A stretch of 63,040 bases of DNA, filler included, from Choristocarpus tenellus KU-1152 (taxonomy: Eukaryota > Protista > Phaeophyceae), in NCBI GenBank assembly GCA_964200185.2. It is 13 parts of 13 records of this genome, joined end to end, with 100 filler letters (N's around TTAATTAATTAA, not from the genome) between each part and the next. Parts side by side here need not be neighbours in the genome. Positions count along the whole stretch, not along the records: positions 48,049 to 52,000 come from CAXNAD020016968.1; positions 52,101 to 55,669 come from CAXNAD020019198.1; positions 55,770 to 59,388 come from CAXNAD020018921.1; positions 59,489 to 63,040 come from CAXNAD020019308.1; 9 more parts are not named here. The stretch is one strand, 5' to 3'. The position numbers were made by a program, and so were the translations under genes. The notes beneath the pieces are model-generated. The model saw only the letters and a list, made by a program, of their open reading frames with translations. It was not told where the DNA came from and searched no databases. Each line of letters opens with the position of its first letter. Within the stretch, counting starts at the first letter, position 1. This document shows, one piece after another, positions 51,901 to 63,040 of the stretch.

Positions 51901-52935
51901 CTGATCAAACGCATTTTTCGTAGCCAAGGTGTCAGCAGGGGGGGGGGAGGGGGGAAGGGGGGGGGGAGGAGGGAAACAAAAAACAATATAGTAAGGTAAG
52001 NNNNNNNNNNNNNNNNNNNNNNNNNNNNNNNNNNNNNNNNNNNNTTAATTAATTAANNNNNNNNNNNNNNNNNNNNNNNNNNNNNNNNNNNNNNNNNNNN
52101 CCCCCCTCCCAGATACTTTGGGTCTGTTTAAGTATGACCTGGCTGTTGGCAGGGACATTTTGTTGCTCTGGTGTTTGTACAAATGCCTCTTTGAAATATT
52201 TGAAGGGGTAGGGTAAGAATGTTAGCTTTAAAATGTGAACCAATTTTTTGTTTTGTTTCAGCTCCCTTTCTTCTGTCACTGGTATATTTTTGTAACATTA
52301 CCCATACCCCCAAGAATATCTGTACAATGTCAGCCCCTCTCCCTTTTTACTCCTCACCTGCACCTTTGTTGGAAGAATGACAAGATATTTCATATTTTTG
52401 ACATTTTGTGTGATGTAGTTGAACTATCTATGGCTGGTTCTGATGTTGTAGATGGGAAACGTACGGTAATGTATCTGTTGAATATATCTGGTTGATGGGG
52501 AGTGTTTCCTGTGCGTTAGTTGTAAGAGGTGTTTTTTGTTTTTGAAAGAGCATGTTGTCTGTTAGAGGTGACAAGTGTACGATAACCATAGTTGAATCCG
52601 ATATATTCTCTGTCAATTATTGTAAGAATTATGTATGATAATTTGGTAGGGATAGTTTGTATTCTGGCAGTAAATTGAATAAATATTTGGTATATGTTTT
52701 GTTTAGATATATTTAATAGATTCTCGTTTTTCTTGCTTTTTTGTAGTTCCATTGGTGTCATGTATCCCTCCCACGGAGATACTCTGAACATATAGTGACA
52801 AGATCCATTGTATAACGAGATGGTGTGGTTTGTTGAAGCAACCCAATAGTGTGACGTAATGCTATGGTTGAGAAGACAAAATGATGGTTCCTTACTCAAA
52901 CAGATCCACTCTACCACACACTATTGTATTGGCAG

Positions 52936-53007
52936 GCTCAATCCCACCAGAACTTGGCAACCTTAAGCTCCTAACACAACTAGATCTCCATTTTAATCAG
53001 CTAAGTG
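52936..53007 (+). CDS. 72-nt LRR exon (GSIPPELGNLKLLTQLDLHFNQLSG)
   Basis: CAG acceptor, GTGAGT donor, exactly one 24-aa plant-specific-type LRR, phase 1-1. Confidence 0.9.
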
Positions 53008-54482
53008 GTGAGTATTATTTGTAGTGTATAATATGGTGGATAGTTTTGGTTTGTGTGTTGAATATTATTGGTATAAAGCTTCTGCTATTGCTGTTGTTGA
53101 TTGCTTTTTTTATGTTGGGATGAGGACAGCAATGGAATGGTCTATGGTCTACAAAGCAGGTAGGTGATGGTGAATGTCAAATATTGGGAATCCATTTAGT
53201 TTACTGTACCCTTGTTGGCAACTTCTGTTGGTCTAACTCTGTACTAATATTGTTACATGTATCAATTTCCTGTTGTTTAGACTTTGTCAAGAATTGTCTG
53301 CAAAGGATGAAATTACAATGATGAAAATAGTTGAGCAGTGTGGACGTGGGTTGTTATGTGAGGGTTTTTTGGGGTATGGACAAAGGTTGTGTTTGAGTGT
53401 GTGTAACTGTTTTTCATCTGGTGTGACCAGACTATTTAATATCTTGATGGATTTCGTTTGTAGGGTGAGAAAGTTGAGATGCAGGGGCTATGTATTGATG
53501 TTGTCATAGAATGGCCTTGGTGGAGAGATGTTGTCTCCCCCCATGAATGATAGGTAGTTAGGTGTGAGAAATGCCAATTTTTAATAATCTTGTGCATGGC
53601 ATATAGTTGAATTGTCTATGACTGGTTCTGATGCTGAAAATGGAAATGTGTCGAAATTTATTTGTGAAGTATATCTCTTTGATGGGGAGTGTTTCTGGTG
53701 CCTAAGCTGGAACATGTGTTTTTTATTGTGTAGGTGTTGCTAGATGTTTAGTATTCGTGATGCTAGAGCAGTATGCTGTATGTCAAAGGTGACAAGTTTA
53801 CGAAATCCTTGGGTGAGCTCATGCGTTGTAGGACTTGGGTATGATGATATGGGAAGGATATTTTGTATTTTTTTCTTTAATTTCTGGTTGTGCTTGGGGT
53901 GCACTTTGTAATAGTATGAGGGCCAGAAAGCCTCCCAATGGTTATCTTTGTCGCACCAGAAAGAGTTGTCAACCATATCATGGCATCAGAAGTGACCTAT
54001 TTTTCTACCACAAAATAGACTTGTAGTGGTAACACTCAATCAATTTTTGTTATGTAAATCTCCCTGGAGGTGTGTGTGTTGCCTGTACAGAGATTGTTGC
54101 ATCTATTTTTTTATGTGGTTTGTTGAGGGCAGGTTTGGCTTTCGTTTACTATGTTGTAAGAATTGCAATTCTATAACATACCCCACTTACTCCTTGTATG
54201 ATTTTCTGCCAGTGATGGAAGTAGTTTGGAGGTTAATGGCGGAATTTATTTTGGTGGACAATTTTTATGGAGTTTTTTATGGGTATTTTATACTGAAGTA
54301 TTTGAAGAGTGTGTCACACATATCTTCTAACCATGTTCAGTAGTGTGTGCATAAGTTCATGTTCACATATATCGTTCCAAGATCACATTGGATGTGGGGA
54401 CTTGATGTTTTTGAGAAGCATGGTTGATATTTGTGTTAATGTGGAAGCATGGCCAATCATTTTTATGTGGTTTTGCTGACAG

Positions 54483-54554
54483 GGCCCATTCCTGAGGAGC
54501 TGGGGAAACTGGTTGCACTGGAGAGGTGTTGTCTTGCCCAGAACAAGCTCATTG
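54483..54554 (+). CDS. 72-nt LRR exon (GPIPEELGKLVALERCCLAQNKLIG)
   Basis: CAG acceptor, GTAAGA donor, 72 nt, phase 1-1. Confidence 0.88.
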
Positions 54555-55816
54555 GTAAGATGTAGTTGGATTGTGTAAGTAATTACATGTTTGTTTTTTA
54601 ATTTTAAAGCGTTGTATTGTTATGGTGTGATCAGACTAGGATAATATTTTGAGATGCAGGGGCTGTGTATTGATGTCTTGATAATTGAATGGCCTTGATG
54701 GAGAGATGTTGTCTACCCCCTGTGAATAATAGGTTTGTTTTGTTTCAGTTCTTCTTTCATATGTCACTTGTTTATGTTTGTGACATTACCCATACCCCCA
54801 AGAACACCTGTACAATGTCAGCACCTCTCCCTTCTTACTCCTCACCTGCAACTTGTTGGAAGAATGATGAGATATGTCATTTGTGACATTTTATGTGGTG
54901 TAGTTGAATTGTCTATGGAAAGTTCTGATGTTGTAAATGTGAACATATGGCAATTTATGTGTTAAATATGTCTGATTGATGGGGAGTCTTTCTGGTGCAT
55001 AAGTTGTAACATTTCTTTTTCGTGTGGTGGTTGTTAAGTATTTGTTGTTGCTAGAGCATGTTGTCTGTTGGAGGTGACAAGTGTACAATAACCTTCAGTA
55101 AACACATATATTGTAGGATTTGTATGATAGTAAGGGAGGAATGGTTTGTATTTATGAAATATGTGGTTGCACTTGGGGTGCACTTTGTAAGAGTATGAGG
55201 GCCTCCCAATGGTTATCTTTTATGACAGTGGAAAGACTTCTCAACCACATCATGGTATCAAAAGTTGTACCCTATTTGTCTACAACAATATAGAGGTAGA
55301 TTGAGAGTGTATTACACATCTCTTCTAACCGCATTTAGTAGTACATACATAACTTTGTCTTCGCATATATTGATCCAAGATCATAGTGGATGAGGGAGTT
55401 GATTTATTTTGTAGAGTGAGAAGTTTGAGATGCAGGGGCTGTGTATTGATGTCTTGGTAATTGAATAGCATTGGTCGAGAGGTGTTGTCTCTCCCCATGA
55501 ATGATAGATAGTTATGTGTGAGATATGCCAATGTTTAAATCTTGATAGATAGTTATTATGGTCCATACGCCAAGTCCAAGTTTGGTTGGTTGGTTGGTTG
55601 TTGGCTCTAAGTGTCTGGGGGGGGGGGGTGGCGGCTGTTCATTTGGGATCAATATTTTCATTTCGCGAANNNNNNNNNNNNNNNNNNNNNNNNNNNNNNN
55701 NNNNNNNNNNNNNTTAATTAATTAANNNNNNNNNNNNNNNNNNNNNNNNNNNNNNNNNNNNNNNNNNNNCTAAACACCCCCCACGACTGATTGGACCCTG
55801 CCTAACTCACACATAT

Positions 55817-55882
55817 GTATATAGTTTTCATTTGGTTTCCTCCTGACACATCTGCAAAATGTCAGAGGGCATAATAATAAAA
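55817..55882 (+). repeat. Family C copy
   Basis: GTATATAGTTTTCATTTGGTTTCCTCCTGACACATCTGCAAAATGTCAGAGGGCATAATAATAA. Confidence 0.88.
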
Positions 55883-56389
55883 ATACATTGTAATATGCAT
55901 GGTAATTCAGGAACCCTGAACGCATGAAGGGTGATACCATTCTGCAAGCTTCCTTATTAGCTTTAGCTCTCTGGAACCTCTTTCACGCAAGGCCTCCTGG
56001 TCACCTACACACATCTTCCTGGAGTTGCCCATTTTCAAGAACACTTACCTCAACAACAACATCGACGATTGAGGTACGATCTGTTGAAAACGAAACCTCC
56101 AAGGTTGGGAGTGGTCGCAAAGAACGCCTATGATAGGCCTTCAACGCACATCAACATTTTGTTTTTGAAAATATATAAAAGTGGGAGAGAAAGAGGAGGG
56201 TTTTTAGCAATCTCATTGGTCAAACCATAATAAAACACAAAAACCTCAATAAAGAGAAGGTTCAAAAAGGGTGCATAATGGGGATAAAAGGTTCTCATTC
56301 CCAGCTCTAACAGTAGTAGTATAGTCATATCAGTACCTTCACCCTCTGGGGTTGTCTCGCCATAACTCTTTTGATATATTGATATCGGA

Positions 56390-58300
56390 TTTGAAAATAA
56401 AAAGCATAGCCGTGATGCCCGTCAAAAGGCCCTCCAGAGTACGGGCTTCCTTCCTTTCCCCATTTTTTCTTTTTTTGACGAAAGAGCGCTCATATTGGGG
56501 TTCGAACCCTGAAATGTAGGTCACCAAGAGTGGCAACAGATGCACCATTACCTGATTGAAGTATAGGGTTTAGGCGGGTGAAACGCCTCCCCACCCTTTC
56601 CTCCCGTGTGTTCACACGCACCCACTCTTTGACCTCGCCAAGGATGTCCTCGTCAACGCCCAGAACGAAACGCCTCTCGTAGCGCCCTTACTCCGACACT
56701 TTGATGTGGCCCTTAGTTAGGAAGTCTCTCTCCCATCTACTCACAGTTTCCAACATGACCATCGCATATTCCTGCTGCCATATCGAGCGCCGTTTGACAG
56801 TCTTTCCCGCTGTTCATACATAGGTAACAGGATACGCAGTGTTAAAGTCTTTGCTATTACATTTCCTCGATGATGAGCGCAGGAAATGGGTGTCGTCCGT
56901 GTTTCCTGGACGGGTGATATTTTTCATCAAGGCGCAAGGGTGAGGGAGGACAGACTTGAGTTGATCCAAAATTTTGTTGATTTCTCGAATGAATGCAAGC
57001 TGGGAGAAAGCCTTAATCAAGTTTATACGTCCAACCCTAAGTCCAGCAACAAAATTAAATTTACAGCATCTTGCAAGAAGTGGGAGGCACCAAATCATCG
57101 GTGTGCAAATAGTCTCAATCTAACCTCCTCCTCTTCCCTGGTGTCCTCGTCGATGGCTACCTCCACCTGCTTTGCGACCTCTTCAAAGTAAATGATTTGG
57201 TAGTATCAAAAAGTCTCCACAGCTGCCTTTGTTACCATTGCTTTCTCCTCCGCCTTGTGAGCCCTTTCAACCTTCTTTCAGGCTTCAGCGCCCTTGTAGC
57301 CCAACCCTAACACCTCCTTTCTCGTTCCTTAAGCCACTCCGACTCACACAGCTTCCAAACAGCCAGGGCCTGCTGCAACTGTCAACTACTAAGATATTCT
57401 ACACCCGGGTTTTCGCTTGGGCGTTTCCTGAGCACAATGGCATGCAGTCGCACTGCTCTCTTCCCCAACCTTCCCTTCGGGCGGCCACCCCGGTTTTCCC
57501 TTCACCCACTGTGACCAGGCTTCCCCACGGACTTTGTCACCGTACCACCTGGTGATAGACTCGCTGCTCTCTTCCTACTTTCCCAAGGCAGCAGAGACTG
57601 CAGAGCGGTCCTCCAACGTGGTTTAAGATCCAACCAAGTTTGTGTGGTACTACTTTCAATGCATCTTCTCTCAGTGTCAGTGTCGCGGCCCCGTGATCCA
57701 TTTTGCGATTTGATTATGCTGCTGCGTCACACTACTTGCACTTTCTCGTCATCTAACATCGCGCTGAGTGCCACACGGTACTTGCTTTTCCGTCGCCTCT
57801 CGACAGAGAAGGTGCCAAGGGTAGACCCAGAGAGCAGAGTGGCCTCGGCGACTCTCCTTGTCTCACCATCGTGGTTTATGTTGCTGTGTAAGTCATGCGT
57901 GTGTGTGCTCACAGAAAGTCTGCAAAATGCATTAAAAAGATGACCGGATATCTTTCTTTTTTTTGGTATCGCCACACCGGCCAGACTTGGGCAGCAACCT
58001 ATCCTGGACCAGTTTTTTTTGCAAGGAGTTCAACCAATCACTTCAGTTTTGTCCGTTTTGAAGTCGTGACCTTCAAAATTACGCCGGAGATGTACCCCCG
58101 CGTTGATGCCATTATTTGATCGGGACATAGCTCCCGTTCCCCGAAGCCTCGACATTCATGGATACAAACCATGAACCGCTCTTGGCATGCCCTTTCATTG
58201 ATATATTCACTGTTGTACAACTGTTGTGGCATTCAGGTGAGAAAAAGCAAGATTACCACAGAGGATGAAGCTACTGGTACCACCTTAGTGTTTTTCATTA
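56390..58300 (-). mobile_element. Internally deleted IS630/Tc1-mariner-like element, copy 2
   Basis: Reverse-complement homologue of 39590-41770 with a different internal deletion breakpoint. Confidence 0.62.
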
Positions 58301-58585
58301 TCAAATGTGATGAAATACCCTATTTCTAGTTCGAAACATAGTGAAAACCATTATGGATTTGGTGAGGCTCTTGGGGAAACACTCAAGGTTTGACGATCTC
58401 ATAGAGGAATTATCCAATCGACGTGACCAATTTGCATTTGTTTTAGCCAACCAAAATGCTACAAAAGCTGCTTTGTACAAGGACAACACTCACAATTTGG
58501 GTAACATAGGAGATACGTGTGTTATGTTTGCTAGCATATCACACCCTTTCGCTGCCTCACACGAAACCCCGACCGTTAGCCAAGA

Positions 58586-58840
58586 GAGCCAAAGTATCTT
58601 AGAGGGTAGAGTCGCATTTGGGGTCCAGAATCCAATGTTGCGATTTTGATGTAATTTTGACTATCGTGGTTGTTAGGAAATGACAATATCCTTGTTGCGG
58701 ACACACCTTTTCATAACGTATACATTTTACCTACTCCGATATATTTTGGAGTAGGAAAATGTCATAAAAAAACTCGAGGGAAGCCAAGCTTCAGATGGCC
58801 AAACAGGGCAAAACTTGTGCCCTCTAAGATACTTTCACTC
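58586..58840. mobile_element. MITE family A, full length, with 4-bp TSD AAGA
   Basis: AAGA|GAGCCAAAGTATCTTAGAGGGTAG ... CCCTCTAAGATACTTTCACTC|AAGA. Confidence 0.93.
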
Positions 58841-61800
58841 AAGAACTAGGACCACCTCGCCAGTACAGGACGTCCACACACAATGAGGTATCAAGCCAAA
58901 CTTCGCTGCCACACAGTGAGGTTGTCAACAGTGTACTACTGGCAACCCTCGCCCCGACGCTTCAACCTGTTTTAACCCAGAACCTCTCGTCCGCTGTCTG
59001 TGCTCCCTTCAACAAATAACCAGCTTCCGTTCCTGCGAAATACGGACCTCGTCCATTCCAAAAAGCAATGCATCAAAACCTGTTCGACCAGTCATATCCA
59101 TTCCCCAGCAGACTGCTCTTTCATCACGGGGCCCCACTAACTGTGCTAAAGATGGTTTGAATTTGCTCATCACCTTCAGGTGGCGTTTCCTGTTTTTTGC
59201 ATTTTTTCTATTTGATAATTCATTTTGCACATATTTTTCGATTTTCATAGTAGATTTTCTTACTGGCATCGGAGAAGGCACCACAATGAATTTCAATCTA
59301 CAGAAGCACGCTATTATTTTGAGGACAATAGTGGAAAGCATGTTTGCCTGTTATTATACCGTTGTTGCCGTATGCCATATACCGTTATNNNNNNNNNNNN
59401 NNNNNNNNNNNNNNNNNNNNNNNNNNNNNNNNTTAATTAATTAANNNNNNNNNNNNNNNNNNNNNNNNNNNNNNNNNNNNNNNNNNNNTGTTCAGACGTG
59501 GGCTCTTCCGCCCCCCCCCCCCCCCCCCCCCCCCCCCCAGATACTTTGACCCAGTATGTGTCCTACTCCAGATTATCTTTCATACGCGTGTAAAATAGAA
59601 CATGGATTGGTAAATGGCAACACATTTTTTTCTTTGAGCAAGGGTTTTGTTATACTCTTCTGAGTGTTGCACTAAGAATTTGTAGCGAAAACCAGACTTA
59701 CTGTAGGACCTTTCAGTGCTACAGCATTCTTCAAGCCTTTTCATGTTTGTTTTGTTTTCTTATCTTGAGAGCCTGTTGTGCTTCACGGGTTAACTATACC
59801 TAGATCACTTCCTACTTGTGTCGTTGCTGTGCGTGTGTGGTGGGTTGGGGATAGGCATGTTTGCATAGACATTTTTTGTGTGTGGTTTTGTTTGTGCTGA
59901 GGCCTGTTTTCAGGCCTATCCTTAGATTTAGTTCTTATGGTAAGCCCTTGGTGTTGATGAGTTGTACAGCACTAGAAGTATAGATGAGATTGTTAAAGAA
60001 GGTTTCAGTGGGGTGACTTTTGTAGCAGTAAAATATTGCATTTATCCATGGTGAGGGTAATATTATGTCTTGCGCAGACAAATTCTATCAAGCACATTTT
60101 TTTTTGCTCACTTTTGACTGAGATATGTGGCCCCCTGACATTGTTTGAGCTGTGTATATGGGTTGGGGAGGAATGTGTCAGGTATGATGAATAGTTTTAT
60201 GATATTTTATTGGGAAGGTACCCATTCAAGGGTAAATGCAGGATTCATCAAGATTTGTACTACTCCAGGGCTTAGAATAGTTGTCAAAGCACAGCACACA
60301 ATTAGATTTCTCTTAAATTAGCTAAGAGACTATCTTGCACACCATATGTGATCATTACATGGTAGGTTGTGGCAATGAATACACACATACATGATGTCCA
60401 CAGGACACTTTGTAATCTCTGTTGTTGTCTCCGCAGTTCCCTGCTGTCTCTCTTGATCCATCACCTTTTTGTCTCTCCGTGATACACCCAACTTCACCAT
60501 GTATTTCATTGAGATACCTTTACCTTGGTACTTGCTAAGTGGGTTAATACATCTGGACTCCCTGCCTTTGGGGAAGCTTAACCATTTTGTTTTGTCAGTT
60601 TGAATTGGAACTACACTTTTACCTCCAGCAGTGTTTGGAAAGTTTGTATCACTTTAGTGAACAAACCATTGACCCTACGCTCCTGATCCATATGATACAT
60701 CTCTACAATGGCATTAAGAGCTGAATATTAAGTGTGTAGCCAACCCTGACAAGATGAGTCCTTGTTGTGCATCTCCCCATCCTTGAATGCCCTGTTGACC
60801 TCACAACCCTCTAGCCTCTCTCATTCGACCTCCACCCAAGATCAAGAAGGAGACAAAGGAAGGGGTGGTGAGAGATGTTGTTGCGCCTACAGGACCAGGG
60901 TGGGAAAAATTTTCCACAGAGAAAGAACAGGATGGAGTGGGGCGATGGACAACAGATGGACAGGCATCACTTTCCTGTGCCTAGGTTTTGATGAAGAGTT
61001 GGTGCATGATGATGTATTAAAACAAATGGTGCAGGGAGCAGAAATCTTAAGCTTACCTTGATGCGTTATGAGGTACAGCAGTTTTTTGTTTGTCGTTCCT
61101 GCTATTTTTTTGTTTTATTGTCCTGCCTTGTACAAGTATGTGGCAGTTGAATAATTTCGTGGATATGGGCAGATCCCTTCCTCCTCCTCTTCCTTCCTCC
61201 TCCCTCCCCCACTCTATTCTGCCCTGGGTTCTGGTCTGTCAGTGTGCACAATTAGTAGTAGTATCACCCACATCCACAGTACATGCCAAACTGTTTAGTG
61301 TTAAGCCAACAATGTAGGTACGAGATAGATTTGTCTATCGTGTTCTTGACTACTATTGTGAAGTGATTGTAGTGACATCTTAGGGGGATGAATTTGTGGT
61401 ATTTTGGAGTGCTTTCCTTTTGTGATGGATACCAAAACCTGGTAAATGAAATGTGTGGGTTGGTACCACCTACATGTTTAGGCTCTCATGTACCCTGCAG
61501 ATACAGGGGTTATGTACTACTTAGCTCACCTCATCACTAGTAGTGCAAGGGAAAAGAAAGCAATTATCATTTTCGCGTATGTCCCTGTCTGATATCATAA
61601 CGGATGGACATTATGAGGTACATTTTTTGTAGGACAACACGGTGGTGACCAGTTTTTTGTGGGATCTGGCTCTAGCCAGGGTAGTTGCGGAATAGGTGGG
61701 AATGGAGTAGTAGAGAATGAGAGTGGAGGAATGTTTGCCAGGCCTTACTCTTGGTCCTTGGTTTGTATATACATGGCAAATGCTGATGAAACATGAAGCC

Positions 61801-62291
61801 TACTAAGAGCTCTGTATTGTGTTCCTGAGTGCCTCGTCTGGTGTGCCATTGATAGTAGATTTCTTCGTACTTCAGCAGGAGCTATCATGATAGGTAGGTA
61901 GGTAGGTAGGCATGATTATACGTTTTTATGTAGAATATGCTGCTATTTCTCAGTAATGCTGCAGTGCACAGGGGAGATCCCCTGTCTTCGGGAGCCCCCA
62001 CTAGGATTGGGGAACACTTTTCACACTCCTTTTCAAGGATCTAACTCCAACCCTAGCCCTGACCTGTATTTCAAAAATATCCGACCCCTTTACACTCCAA
62101 CGCTTCACGCCTCGAAGGATTTGCACTTTTTCGATAAAGTAGCTAGTTTATGTGGTAGGTGTGTGATGTGAGTATGGCCTTTGCAATACTTGGTAGTAGT
62201 TGTGGTGCATGTCTGTCATTGCTCTGGACTAAATGTGTGTACTTTGCTACAACGGGGCTTGTGTAAAGGTTGTGTGTCAAAATGGCAGTGT

Positions 62292-62549
62292 GAGTGAAAG
62301 TATCTTAGAGGGTACGAGTTTTTCCCTGTTTGTCCATTTGGGCTTTGCTTTCCCACGGGTTTTTAATGGCAGTTACCTACTCCAAAATGTTTCGGAGTAG
62401 GTAAAATGCCTACGTTATGAAAATATGTGTCCAGAACAAGGATATTGACATCTCCTAACAACCATGATAGCCAAAATTACATCAAAATTGCAACATTGGA
62501 TTTTGGTCCCCATATGGACGCGACTCTACCCTCTAAGATACTTTGACTC
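62292..62549. mobile_element. MITE family A, full length
   Basis: GAGTGAAAGTATCTTAGAGGGTAC ... TACCCTCTAAGATACTTTGACTC; flanks GTGT / TGTT. Confidence 0.93.
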
Positions 62550-62828
62550 TGTTATATTGCTTGTCTGGTGTGAGTGAGGCCCATTGCGATCCTTTGAAGA
62601 ATGACTGTGGGTGTGTCTGTTTCAGTACGCTCCAGAAGTTTACCTCCACAAGATGTATAGCTCCAATCCATAGGCCTATAGACAACGCTGATGCTCATAC
62701 AAGGTTCCTCGGATACTCTGATAGTCAAGGGGGCCCAATCCACAGGTTAATGAACATTAGGTCAGCAGAACAGGAGTACTCTTATGAATCAAGAAGCATG
62801 AATAGGAGAAATTGGTATCAGTAAGTAA

Positions 62829-63040
62829 CAGTGGATTTGGAGAATTGAGGAAGGAGCGGGGCTATGAGGATGGTTGAGGATCGAAAACGGTCTTGATAAA
62901 GTACCGAAAAGTTTTTTTTGGAAATGTTTTTGCACTTATAAGGGCCCGGGATGTCTTTTTTTGGAAATGTTTTGGCACCTTTTAAGGGTCCGGATATATT
63001 TTTGTTCAAATATTACGGTACTTTTTGTAGAGGGCATCGC
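62829..63040 (+). mobile_element. Putative hAT-like transposon end with subterminal repeats
   Basis: Begins CAGTGG, homologous to 3538-3608; TTTTGGAAATGTTTT.GCAC.T.TAAGGG.CCGG occurs twice. Confidence 0.55.

Larger units (their letters stand above)
52250..55545. repeat. Mosaic of duplicated intronic blocks around the LRR exons
   Basis: Approximate blocks: P 52250-52640 / 53590-53870 / 54735-55140; Q 53475-53580 / 54650-54735 / 55425-55545; R 53885-54020 / 55160-55300; S 54305-54400 / 55302-55400. Confidence 0.85.

Noticed and set aside
3609-59488. Regularly recurring TTAATTAATTAA palindrome as a biological repeat or CRISPR-like array
   Set aside because: Always centred in N-runs with identical geometry: an assembly linker with six-frame stops.
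60762-62824. Exon-like fragments near 60890, 61500 and 62600
   Set aside because: Stops in the candidate frames and no assignable family.

Overview
Eukaryotic nuclear DNA from an ochrophyte, most likely a brown alga or close relative. Evidence: a bipartite plastid-targeting presequence, TTAGGG telomere-type repeats, 72-nt LRR exons and GT-AG introns. The window is not one continuous locus. It is 13 short contigs joined by artificial 100-nt N-TTAATTAATTAA-N linkers, and many contigs break in the same poly-G-flanked repeat. Host genes: a complete 3-exon plastid-targeted ribulose-phosphate 3-epimerase of gamma-proteobacterial type; a complete 5-exon secreted CBM32/F5-8C-like protein; five internal exons of an ABC1/UbiB kinase; the last two exons of ARPC3; and two 72-nt LRR exons in duplicated introns. 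The rest is mostly transposon debris: two pol-less copia-type LTR elements, a solo LTR, CRE-type non-LTR 3' ends, two deleted IS630/Tc1-like elements, hAT-like ends and a ~65-bp hairpin repeat. Best candidate for a new system: a spliced Sola2-like DNA transposon, present twice, whose protein ends in two Tudor-like domains and whose 3' end is a long hairpin. It shares a GRGYSAAAGTATCT terminus with at least three abundant MITE families. All family assignments come from motif recognition by eye, not database searches.
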